Assembly (NCBI RefSeq): GCF_006345805.1
Contig: NC_043011.1
Location: 59,842,464 to 59,906,463 of the forward strand
Direction of reading: 5' to 3'
Length of the DNA: 64,000 bases
Origin: Octopus sinensis
Taxonomy: Eukaryota
Notes under the pieces: generated by a model
The model's input: the letters and a program-made list of their open reading frames with translations, nothing else
What the model was told of the DNA's origin: nothing
Databases searched by the model: none
In this document: one piece after another, positions 50,939-64,000 of the stretch
How positions within the stretch are numbered: position 1 is the first letter of the stretch
Layout: every line of letters begins with the position of its first letter
Program-made: the position numbers and the translations under genes

Positions 50939-51736
50939 TATATATATATAATATATATATATATAAAATGAAATTGTTCAAAATATCTATTTCAGTTCTC
51001 TCTCACTTTCTCTTCTACACACACACACACACACACACACACGTGACTGAAGCTTCTTGAATTGTAAGATATTTCACATTTCCAATTGAAGTAGGAAAGT
51101 AGTAGTAAATGACAATAAACAAAAATGCATCATAAGTTGCTTTGTGTTTCTGATTTAAGTAGGAAAGCAGTGTGACAAGAAGTAAATATATTTGCAAACA
51201 CATTAAACAAAAATAACACATCAAAATCCGAATAGCCAACAATATATCAAGATTTGATTGGTTTCAGAGAAAAAAAAACAGAAAACAAAACAGAAAAGCA
51301 CGTAAGAAAATGTATAATGCATCACCCATTCGTCTAGCCATTAGTCTTGCACAGAACACATGGTATTTTTCTCTGATCATGTGTAAAAACAAGTGATATT
51401 TTCATGCTTTCAGCATCATCTATATAAAGTGCATGGAGGTAAGTGTCTGGTGTCAGTAAAGATTTAAATCTTTATCAACAATAACCACTTCATTAAGTCA
51501 GTTGTTAAAGTGAAACTCAGAGTTGCTATTCAAGAAGCTTCAACTTCTAATATCGTTATACACTCTCTCCTTTGTGCATTCAATACTTTTCCTAGTATGT
51601 AAACACAAACACTTACTAATATACATACATATATACACTGCTGTCATTCACTTCCCTCTTGTCAACTTTACCCAGAAGGAACAAAGGTCTGAATGTTCGA
51701 TATTCCACACTCCACAGCACTCTTTCTATCACTTTC

Positions 51737-51805
<69 letters not shown>

Positions 51806-54800
51806 CCTAGTGGTATGGGTGTTGCATACACAATTGCAAGATTTTGGTTTCAATTCCCAGACCAAAGGTGCATTGTTTTCAAGAACAAAACACTTCTTTT
51901 CATATTGGTCCAGCTAACTCAACTGTAAATGGATTGCAACTCTGCAATGGATTGGTGTCTCGATCTGCTTTGACCAGAATGACTCTATCTAAAGGCTACA
52001 ACAATGCAACGAAGCACATTGTGAGCAGTGGTATATTAGCACAACTGATAATCTGGCCAATACAGTGGTAGCTTCATCTAATACCCTGTCCAACCCATGC
52101 TAGCATATCTTTATAGCCTGATGCCCATCCAAACACCAAACACTTTGCAGAGTGGACTGAGTATATTTTACGTCACACTAGCACCATATATTATTATTAT
52201 TATTATTATTATCATTATTATTATTATTATTCTATAGTTCTTTAGTTAATATTATTTATTCTATGTTTAATGATTTTATTTTTTCTTCTTTTTCCTACCA
52301 CATTGCCACTGTAGTAATTAAAGACAATCAGACAATTTGTGGATAATTATTTTTGTGTAAGATAAATAATCTTTCACCACCAAGAAAAAAATCTATTGAT
52401 ACATTTCAGTCTAAAAGATGCTAACACTTTCTTAAGGATTCAGTCAATTCTCCATTCTCCAACAGCGCAGATAATAACTAAAAGCTATTTATTAAAATAT
52501 AATCAATGAGCAGTAGACTAATTTGCATAATGGCACAAGGATGCCACCCAGACAATATTATTATTATGTTCCAATGTAACATATGTATTGAATAACTAAA
52601 AATATACACACCCATATCGAAACGCATTTGTTCTTGCTCTCAAATTGATTGCACAAGGACTTTATTGCCAACATTGCAGTGCCATGCAGATCAGTCATTT
52701 CCCAGGTACACACTTGTTTATATCTCAGTAAGTACCCTTCAGCCCCTATTGTCAACAGTTTTGGTGGGGGAACTGACAGAGTGAGAGAGTGGCCGAATCA
52801 AATAGCAAAGAAAGTTGGTGCCAGTTTGCTCTTTCTCCCAGGCTGCTGTCAAGAAAAGCTTGTCAATTTGTCATGGGCCTAATCATACACAGATATGTGG
52901 TTGAGGAATTGGAAAATAATGTTGAAAGTTAAGAGAATAGCAAACAACAGAAACTATAAAATCCTACCAGAGGTCAACTTCGCTTTATATTCTTTGAGAG
53001 AAATGAAGGGGGCATAGAAGGGGAGGGGTCATCAGAAGTTAATACAATACAGACTAGTGATTTTACTGTAGTCAGGTCAGTTTAAATTACTATGCCACAT
53101 CACAATGCAAAAAAGAAAGATAAAGAAGTGGTTGGTCTTGCGCTAAAATCAGAAATATTGATGTTAATATATGCGCAATAATACAGTTAATAAACTGCAG
53201 TTAAGCACAGCCAAAAACCATAATTGCTCATTCTTCTTTATTGTTTTGTTTGGATGGGTTTATGAATTCCTCACATTAGAAATAAGATATTCCGGCCAAC
53301 ACTAACCAAAAAGCAATCTGTAATAGAACAAGTTATTTTCAACCAAGATTAACATGATTTTTTTTGTTTTACTAAAGGTACAGATCAATGCGTATAGTAA
53401 GAGTTGAACTTAAAACCTTTTGGTCAATATTCCAGCATATTAAGTACTCAGCTATTAATTATACAACATAATTAAATAAGTAAATGTTGAAAATATATTA
53501 CACTCTTCATACAGAACCATTTTAAAGAGTTATTCTTATATCCGAAATATAAATTGCAAAATTACTAAAGAGAAAATATATTACCAAAACAAGGTTTTAT
53601 AATTTGGAGGAAAAAATATAATTTGAACACTTCTTTAGCTATTAAGCACTTGCTCACACACACACACATTTATATACAAAATCATCAAAATCTTAACTTT
53701 AAAATAAGATTTTATTGAAAAGAAGACTAAAATTTTCCTCAGGACTTATCAATACAAACAGTCAAATTCGCCCAACAGAAAATTTCTGAGCCTACATTTT
53801 CATCTAGGATTCCCAATTTTATTTAGAAATAAATTAGAATTCTTAGTTTAATATCTAAACACTACTATTTTTTTTTTCAACAAAACCCTCATATCATTTA
53901 TAGAAATCTCCAACCTGCTCCATTTATATCCCCATATTGCATTCATCAAACCACTTCTTATAATTCTATTATGTGATGCAAACGTTATCAGTCATCAAAG
54001 TTTGCAAGTTTCAAAGTGTAAAAGGTGCTTTATGTAAGCCATATCTAATAACCAAAAAGATTAAAAAAACAACAAAAAACCAGAAAAATCCAACATCCTG
54101 AAGATTAGCATCATTTTCTTTTCCCATTTCTTAATCAAACGCAGTTCGCTTTCTGCCAGCTAAATTCCTTAAAATCCTTTGATATAAAAGCCAAAATTTA
54201 TTATGTATATACTTATCAGATTCATCTCACATATATATATGTGTATATATGTGTGTGTGTGTGTATATACATATATACTTATACACACACACATATATAT
54301 ACAGCTAGATATATATATGTTTATCAAGGGGTTCATCTTGACTGAACTCCAAAACATCACTTATATACACCAATTCTTCTCCTCACACAAGAATTTCTCT
54401 AAAATATTGACCTTTCTTTCCAATATGATGGGGGCGGAGGAGGAATTCTTTCTCAACTATTTGCTCAGGTATGAATGTTAGAAATTCTTTTGTACTGGAA
54501 GACCAGGAAACTTAATAATAATAACTAATTTTATGACAACAGTTTTTAGTTAAATTAAAAAAAGCTAATTATGGAATTGCAATTTGGTTTGTATTATAGA
54601 AGTGCCATGTTGATGATTAGAAAGTGAGACTAACAATAATGGAACAATTATTAAGTTATTGGTTGTAGGTGTTGCTGTGTGGTTAAAGCAACTGCTTCAC
54701 AGCCACGATTCTGAGTTCAGTCCTGCTGCATGGTGCCTTGAGTAAAAATCTTTTACAACAGCCAGGACTGAAATTTTGTACATAGAAAATATGTGCAAGG

Positions 54801-55923
54801 AAATTGTCACATGTATGTGTTGCATGGCTGGGATGTTTCGATAAGATCCAGTGAGCAGGGGAGGAACTATGTCTTGCTCTGATGCTTGCTTTGGCATGAT
54901 TTCTACAGTTAGACACCCTTCCTAACATCAACCAGCTTACAGAGTAGACTAGGAGCATTTTTTTTGTTTTTGGCGACATCTTCACTGGTTGAGGTCACCA
55001 AGTAACTCACAAGATGAAGAAAAACAAAGCCCCCCCCCCACTCTGTTGAGTGTGGTTGCAGAACATGGGAGAAGTGACTTTATGCTAGGTTTTGAGAGGC
55101 TTACGTATGATACAGGGACAGGCACAGATATCTTTCTATAGAGGAGATACTTGGCCAACCCACATAATATAAGAATGAGAGTGAGTAACTAAGAAGTAGA
55201 AAAAGATATTGGTGTCTGTCTATCTGTGTCTGTACAAAAGAGGTGTATAATAGAGAAAGATGTACACATGAGAAAAACCAATAAACTGCCAATCAGAATA
55301 CATTGTGGTATTTGTTCTGCCCAAGTTACAGACACTCCCTTTTAACTATCACCATTGAAATGCAGGGAACCAGTTGGAAACCTGTAACTAAAGATGTTAC
55401 TTTTCAGGAAAATGCCTAACGAATCTATCAAAATAGAAGTTATCAGGTGAACATTATTATTGTACATCTCAAGCTAATGTGTTTCAACACTGAGCATAAT
55501 ATTCTTATGAGGATCAACTTACACATCTGCATAATTTGCACAATATTTGTTTTCTGTTAAGTCTTAGTCTCATGTATTTATTTTTAATAAGGATTAATTT
55601 TAATAATTCAAATTTGTTCCTTTTTTTTTTAAAGAAATATTCTTTACTTTTAAATCCTCCAAATCCTTCTATTCAACCAGGAATGTTTTCTTTTTCCATT
55701 TCAAAGAGTATAATTCTTCAGGATGCATATATATATATATATATATATGCACAATAGCAAACGTAGTTAAAACTTGGTATTAAAAAAATGTCAGAAATAA
55801 AAAAAAAAGTAACAACAAAAATAAAACACATAAATGAAATATTATTTACATATTTTTCTCACTATTTTTCACTAAGTTAACTAAATTCCTAGACACTTTA
55901 TAAATTATAAATATGATTTATAC

Positions 55924-55967
<44 letters not shown>

Positions 55968-58222
55968 TGCACATACACACGAAAGCCATTATAATTCAAA
56001 GAGTTTCATAAATGACAGAAAAATGGATATTATTTAAAAGATTTTGATCTTTCTTTATGTTTGCCTAGTGAAATAATAAAATATATTTACAATTTAAAAA
56101 AGGAAAACATTATTACGGCAAGCTTTTTGTATTTCAGTTGAAAAGAAAAAGAAAAAAAAACAAGCGAATGAAATATATCTCTATAGAATATTGTTACTTC
56201 CAAATACATTGAACTAACAGTATTTTTCTTTCCAAATTTACATGGATTAATGAGTGTTATTAAATGTTACTACATCGAAAATATAAAACACAAACAGAAA
56301 AGAACAACTGCAAACATGACAAAATATAACTAAACAAAATCTAAAGTTTAATAGCTAATATTGATATATATTGAATCATTATTACTAAATCAAATTTTCT
56401 TCTTCGAAACTACTATGACTACTACTACTACAACTACTGCTGCTGCTAAAAATATGACACTGGTGGAAAACAGGTTAGATTTCCAAAGAGATTTGGTTTA
56501 ATACTCCTTGCCAGTGAAATATCTATGTAAATTTGTGCGTACTGCGCGATACAATGTAATCCACAGAGTGGTTGCTATATCTACTAGTTAGAATGTGTAT
56601 TTATAAAAATATTTATAGAGGATTAAAAGGGTTGAAGTAAAGTATTACAAATCCAACAGCTGTTTCTGGGGGCTTGATGATTAAAAAAATTTTTAAATCT
56701 TTGAACTTCTTTCCTTTAGCACCTCAAATGTAAGATCTCTTTCCTGAAGATAGAGGCTTGTCTCATCCTATGATGGAATCAATGTACAAACATTATCTTG
56801 GACCGCCAAGCCTCTAGAAACAGCTGTCAGATTTGTAATCCATTTCTTCAACACTTTTAATCCTCTATATCATTTATTAAAATATTTATATATAAGTATG
56901 TATGCATGTATATATTATATATATTTGTATTATATACAACCATATGTACACCCCTCTGAATAAGTGGGGGATAAATTATGATTAGTTGTGATATTATGGA
57001 GAATACCTGTCTAAGTATACTAGTAAAATATATTGAATATGTACCATGAAGGATGCATTGAGATAAAAAAAAGACATGAGGAAAAATAACTTGAAAAAAA
57101 AAACACAAAAGAAAATGAAAATGAGAAAAAATTTGCTTTGAATCATAGAATTCTTATTTTAATCTCCCAACAAATATAATACAGGAATACGGAAATGTCT
57201 GCTGTAGTTTTATAAATTTCTAACATAGGGACAAGATATTAAATTTGAGGGAAGAGTAGAATCAGTTCAATTGATCCACCCCTGACCCACTCGGGTCTTG
57301 ACTGCTGCTTTAATTGACTGACCCCTGTGCCTAGTCTAGAAGGATGATAGGCCCTCAAAGTTGGATTTAAACTTTGAATATAAGGAAATGTAACTAAATA
57401 CGGCAAGGCATTTTATGTGGTACTTTACCAATTCTAATACAGAGACAGGGTACCACTCTGCTTTCCTTGAATATTAGAATTAATAGAGCATCAGACAAAA
57501 TATCTCCTAACGAGAGAGAGAGAGTTAGTGAAATTATACAGATAAATGGAAGTTATACCATTATATTGAAAAAGTGTTGCCTAGAGTTCAGACTGAAGAA
57601 AAACAGCAGAAAATTGTTTAACTGCTGCAAAATATTGGTTTGTATTGTGTAATGGAATAATTTATGTTTATTGTTGGAACTTAAGAAATAAATATAAAAT
57701 TTTCATTTAAAATCATGGAAACATAATCTAACAGAAAGTAAGCAAATGTTTTCCCTTTACTCAGTAGTTTTCAGATTTCCAAACGTTTACCCTTTTCTCA
57801 CAGAAGCAGGAGCCGTAGTGGTAAATTTCTGATGCCTGCTCAGAAGGTAAACAATATAAAAAAAATTGGTGGTATTTTTAATTGCTAAAAAATATTTACT
57901 TCTAAGTAGTAACATTCGATGTTATCTAAATTCTTTTTCGAATAATAATTCCATCCTGTTTCCACCCCATTCCCATCCTGACACTTTACAAAACTTCAGA
58001 ACAATCTGGATATCAACTTTTTGATATTTCTAAGACCAAATACAATATGCCAGGACATTCTTCCTCCTAGCACCATTCAAGTTGCTGAGTGACCCCTGGT
58101 GACTTCCTTCACAAACACTCATCACTCTGATCGGTTTAGGACAGTTCTCAGCAGATGCTATTTGCCTGTTTTGTGACTGTTGCCCTCATCCCAACTCTCC
58201 CTTCATTGCTCATGAAATCTTT

Positions 58223-58962
58223 TTGACAGTTAATATGTCCTAAGTATGTTAGCTTCCATGGCTGAGGAATTATGCATTGGTGAGCTAATAAGGCAGCCAC
58301 TATGCAGTCACACAATCTACAACAAAGCACACAGCCAAATATATCTCATATCTCACTGAACCATCAGTAAAAATAAAAAAAACAGAAAAGCAGGACACCT
58401 CAGGGAGTGCCATCAATACAACTTGAACTTGCTGACTTTGTGCCATCACTCGCAAGATCTTACAGAGGTTTATACTATTCAGAGTCACTTTGAAGATAAC
58501 TGAGTTCCTCACTAAACTCGTATGTTGCAGAATATACTCTGGTGACATTTCCACACTTTGGTCAGGTTGTTCATTGCAGAGATACCCTTAACCATATTTA
58601 GTCATGTAAACTTTATTTATAAAAGCACTCATCCTTTGCCTGTTTTTAAGGTGGCTGGTCCAACAAACCAGTCACCTTAGCTCTCATACACTTAAAAGTA
58701 GCCCACTGCCTATGCCAATATAGTTACTAAAACAAAAAAAAAGAAAGAAAGATTTACCGGGGGGGGGGGGCAAAAAATATAGAGTGGTTTTCCTTCAAAG
58801 ATGTGGGTACATAAGAATGAGAAGCCAACCTCCACCAAAAACAAACAAAACAGATGCTGCTGAATGCCACTGTGTGACTGCATAGTGGCCCCCGCCTTAG
58901 CTCACCAATGCATAATTCCTCAGCCATGGAAGCCAACATACTTAGGACATATTTGCTGCCAA
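58223..58962. repeat. Inverted repeat, about 90-bp arms (58223-58314 / 58871-58962), about 555-bp spacer
   Basis: AATATGTCCTAAGTATGTTAGCTTCCATGGCTGAGGAATTATGCATTGGTGAGCTAA..CCACTATGCAGTCACACA and its reverse complement. Confidence 0.9.
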
Positions 58963-60604
58963 CTGTTTGATGGTCTCAAGCAAGGCATCTTCGAACTATT
59001 CTGAGCAGGCATCAGTAGAAAAGATTTCCATAACCATCAAACTGAGACTATCATTATAGATGTAGATGTCCAACATAGAATACAAAGGTGACAACCGTAT
59101 ATTAAAAATGAGAGATAGGGTTTCATACTTAAACTAATTATACTTAGAAAAGAAGCTAAAACACTGAATGATGTTTACTTTTTGGTCAGAATAACACAGA
59201 AATATGTTAACACATGAAAACAGTTTATTGTTAACATATGTTTATTGTTAACACATGTAAACAATTTATTGTTGCTTCATGTTTTGAAAGATAATATTTT
59301 GCTATTCTTTTCTAATGGAATGAGCATCAAAATGATTTTATAGCATGTCAATGCTTCTGGAAATATCAACAGACCACTGAATCAGGTCAATTTTGCATCT
59401 ACAAACTAATATATAACTTCTACAACTATCGGCTGATAGTTTAGCTAGCCAATGAGCAAGCTTCTACGCAGTCTTTCAGATTGTTAGAAACAACTGCTAA
59501 ATATCTCTCAAATTGCACATGACTATCTATTATGAAAAAGGAGGATATACAGGATAATGAGGTCTATGATAGTCAGTGGTTGAAAAAATAAAGGTGGATG
59601 GTCGTGGTTAGGAATGCCTTTGATCATAGGTTTGCTCAATTAGAGCTCACCTGAGAGTTAGACAAACAACAGTAACAATAATTGTTACCTTTCATTTTCC
59701 AATAAATTGAAACATTGATCCATTGATCTTGGACTAATCTAATACATTCACTCACCCCCTTCCTCTCTTTCAATTATTTATTTCCTTTTTACATATAAAG
59801 AAAATAAATAATATTGTGTGCATATATATATTTACATACACACAAATTTATGAAAAAAAAAATGTAATTATTTCATTATATTATGTTATGAAGTAATAAA
59901 CAAAAATAACAGCAAACTACCAAAAATAAAATAAAATAAAAAAGCAGGGTATCAAGATATTAGCTAACGAGAAAAAATAATAAAAATATATATAACAAAA
60001 GCAGAAATCCAAATAAAAGGTTAAAAAAAATATTTTTATTTTTTACTAATGTTATGAAAAATCTAAGCAACATGTTAAATTTTTCTATTTTTTTAAAAAA
60101 TTATTTTGTAATTTCCTTCTTCCTCTGATTCTTCTTCTTCTTCTTCAGAAAGAAAGAAAAGAATCCAAAGAAAGTTGCTATATTCGTTAAATCACTCAAT
60201 CAACAAACGAAACACTTTGCCACATTAGAAGCAAGGCAAGTTCAGGAGAATAATAATTTACAAATCTGCTACATATTTAGCATACATAGATAATTAATTA
60301 ATCAATCAATCATCATTATCATCATCATCCTTCTCATCATTATCATCATCTCTCACACATATATACACACATGCACACACGCACGGAAACACACACACAC
60401 ACACACATACACACACACATAGTTTTAGTGTGTTGTGTTATTACGTGTGATTTATTTACTTAATAAAAGTTCACAACCTATAGATTTGATGAGCTCTTGA
60501 AAGTGTCGTTATACAAGCAGATATAATTAATACAACATATACAAATCATAATAATAATAATAATAATAAAAGGATAAAATGATAATAATAATATTTATAA
60601 TTAT

Positions 60605-60836
60605 GATTTCTAACATAGGCTCATGGCCTCACGTTTGGGAGGGAGAGGAGGGGTAGTAGAGTCAATAATATCATGTCCCAGGACTTGACAGGGACTTATC
60701 TGTCGAACCACTGAAGGATGAAAGGCAAAGCTGACCTTGGTGAGATTTGAAACCAGGAAGTAAAAAAAGGCATAACTAAATCAAGCATGGCACTCTATTT
60801 ACCATTCTACTGATTCTGATAATCCATTGTCTTCAA

Positions 60837-60873
<37 letters not shown>

Positions 60874-61090
60874 TATAAGAAGAATGGTAATTACTGATTT
60901 AGGCGAAAGGCCAACACTTTTGAAGGGAAGGAATTGGTCAGGGTCATCAAGCCTAGTACTTGACTGGTGCTTTATTTTACTGACCATAAAAGGGTGAAAG
61001 GCAAAGTTGACCTCAGCAGGATTTGAATTCAGTATGTTAAAAACAGGAATAAATACCACAAGGCATTTCTTCTGACAACCTAACCATTCT
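60605..61090 (-). mobile_element. Two decayed SINE family B copies with (TAA)n and (CTA)n tracts; another at about 57218-57440
   Basis: GGATGAAAGGCAAAGCTGACCTTGG and GGTGAAAGGCAAAGTTGACCTCAGCAGGATTTGAATTCAG. Confidence 0.7.
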
Positions 61091-61102
61091 ACTACTACTA
61101 CA

Positions 61103-61157
<55 letters not shown>

Positions 61158-62443
61158 TCATAAAATAAACTTAAAGCTGTCACTCACAAATGAGTACAAC
61201 TTGGTAGAATAAGCCACACTTTCACCAATTGTTTTAGAATGCTTATTTAGTTATGAACAGATATAAATATTCTCTTGATCCAATGAAACATTGGGGATAT
61301 GACAGCTGGAGAGAGAGAGAGCGAGAGAGAGAGAGAGAAAGAGCACCAGGCCTGTACTCACGACAGTTGAGTTGACTCGGCCAATGTGAAATGAAATGCT
61401 TTGTTCAAGGATACAATTCACTGCCCAGTCCAGGAACTGAACCCACAATCATATGATCACAAATTCAACTGTCTAACAACTGAGCTACATGTTTTCACAA
61501 CTACTTATATGGAAATAAAGCATAAAAACAGTTAATAATCATATTTACATAGGTGGCATTAAACCTGATATTTTAAGGATGGGGTCGGGTGATGGAATTG
61601 AGAGTTTGCACTAATTATAATTATTATTTACTCAAAGTCATTAGCAATATGCGTGAAGCGAAAGATGGCTTAGTCCTTAAGCATTTAAGCCAGCCACATC
61701 TGACCAAAATAATCTTTTATCTTCAAACTGTCCAGAGCTGGCCTCTCACACTTGCCTGACAATATTATTCTAAAAATAAGCAATCATGTCATTGAAGTCT
61801 CAAAGCTACAAGGTCATGTATGGTTAATTCATATCAATATGACTAAACAAATAGCACCTTTGACAAAGAAATCTGACTGCTAAAGGGCTTATATAATGAA
61901 ACCTCATTAAATATAATGGTGTCATGTTAAATAAAGGGTCAAGGCCCTGTCTAAATCCCTGTCATTACTTTTAAAACATGCACACAAGTTAAATTGTAAG
62001 GGTATAAATACAAAACAATATTGAAATGAAAATACATCAGTATGCAATTTTATAAAAATTTACAGCTTGTAAACCAAGCAAATACTCTGGGATTAGAGAC
62101 AGCACTATTTTACCTCTCTGAAGCGAAAATATAGAATAATTAAAACTTCAGTGTTAATTAATAATTGAGCATATAATTAAGGAACTGTATGAAATATTAA
62201 TAAGTTTTTATTTTAATTTCAATTGCTACAATTACAATCAAACTCAAAACTTAATTTAGAATATAAGTTAATTGTTGTACACAAAATTCTCGGTACACCA
62301 AGGAAGAATTATGAATGTTTTAATTAATTTTGAATACCAGATATTTATTACCTGTTTGGGCCAAAAAGTTATTCAGAATTTCTATTCTGATTGGTTACAA
62401 CTAAAAATTTACTTAGCTTTGTGTACTTAAAAATGGCTGTAAC

Positions 62444-62559
<116 letters not shown>

Positions 62560-62675
62560 CGACAGAGAAAAGGAGCGAAAGAGAGTCAAGAGGTGTGAGA
62601 TCCTGAGATGTTTAGTATAGAAAACACTTAGTAGTGCTCAAATAATTTGAACATACACATCAAAGTCTTATTGAC

Positions 62676-62762
<87 letters not shown>

Positions 62763-64000
62763 TATAAATATATGCATACATGCAATGTTCTGCACCTACA
62801 GACCTACCCAGAATCTAATGAAAATTAAAATGGAAACAGCTCCGTGCAATCAGCATTCCAGATACCTAAATAGCAGACAATATATGTTGCACAAAGGTAT
62901 AGCATTTGATTACTTTTTTTTTTAATTATAACTTATATATCTATAAATTTGATATCCATTTTATCGTATCTATGTCAGTCCCTGTGAATTAACTGCAAAA
63001 GGAAAGGTGACACTAATGAACAAAGAGAAAGCTAGCAAACTATTCAGATCACGAAAAATTATTATTTTCCTAATTTAGGAAATAAACAATAAGAATAAGA
63101 CGTTTGAATAGATATATAATTAGAAAGTTCTATGTAATTTTCTTTACTTATATAGAATAAAGATATGGGGAAATATTTCCAAAATGTAGGGGGAAAAAAA
63201 AAATCATTTTATTTTGTGCTTTGAAAATGTAATTATTTTTGTTCCAATTTTCTTTTTTAACTGCTTTTTTTTGTCTTGTGAATAATTTTGCTTTTAAAAA
63301 TGCCAACAAATTTTAGAGATAGCACAAGTCATGAAACCAAATATGATTAACCCAGTTCTTCAAATAATACGCAAAGAGATAAGGAATAAAAACAATATCA
63401 ACATGAAAACTGAAAATTCCTCAGAAATTGCTAATAAATCCAATTAAAGCATTTCTAGCTCCATTGCAGTTATGAATTTAATGCTATTCTGATTCCTTAG
63501 AAAAGGATGGTTTTTTTTATATTTTCATTTAAGAATCCACTTACAATCTGATTATATAAAACATTATTAAGCATTTAAAAGGTGGTATCTGAATTGCCAA
63601 CTTTGAAGAATGCTCTGAAGATAAAATATTTATGGGGATAATTTATTTCCAAAGATACCAATAAAAGAAGAATTATTCTTCCACAAAAAACTGTCACCTG
63701 TCATTAGTACCTGAAGCATACTCAATCCATATTACTGTTACATTTCAAAACAACTACATATTCACGTATTCTGTACCAACACAGGACAAATATGAGCAAA
63801 CAATGATGCCTCTAGGTTATCACTTATCCTATTAAAAAAAAAAATCAACCAAATCTTCTTGAAATTTAGTATTTATACTAAGTATTTATACCTTTAGTAT
63901 TTATACCAGCCATATCAGCTACAAATATTCTACATGTTTTATGTTCAAACTGACCAGATTGGACCTCTCACACCTACCCTACAATGTCATTCTAAAAATA

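Noticed and set aside
53048-53070. miR-7-like string AGACTAGTGATTTT
   Set aside because: Seed region differs, no hairpin, lies in a decayed SINE B context
58068-58090. miR-29-like string TAGCACCATT
   Set aside because: Short match with no complementary arm
60470-60497. miR-2/miR-67-like string TCACAACC..TTTGATGAGC
   Set aside because: Spacing does not fit the mature sequences and no clear pairing arm is visible

Overview
AT-rich eukaryotic DNA dense in microsatellites and transposons; the repeat landscape suggests a coleoid cephalopod such as Octopus (inference). No host protein-coding gene is convincingly visible, and nearly all short ORFs in the track are microsatellite or SINE artefacts. 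Main contents: (1) a palindromic 37-bp satellite with 74/111-bp higher-order units (1-1462); (2) an intact ORF1/gag-only non-LTR element (447 aa, CCHC knuckle, no RT) with a 15-bp target-site duplication, inserted about 30 bp downstream of a CCAAT/E2F/TATA promoter-like block, whose 3' tail is also embedded in a SINE; (3) a head-to-head pair of tRNA-headed SINE-like elements that each carry a minimal type I hammerhead ribozyme, one interrupted in its (TAA)n tract by an R4/Dong-type LINE 3' end (24771-25770); (4) fossils of Penelope-like, CR1, RTE (one with three C2H2 fingers), Gypsy, mariner and TTAA-MITE elements; (5) many copies of about four tRNA-derived SINE families; (6) a 300-bp tandem duplication and several inverted repeats. 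All family assignments are from motif recognition by eye, and boundaries of degenerate elements are approximate.
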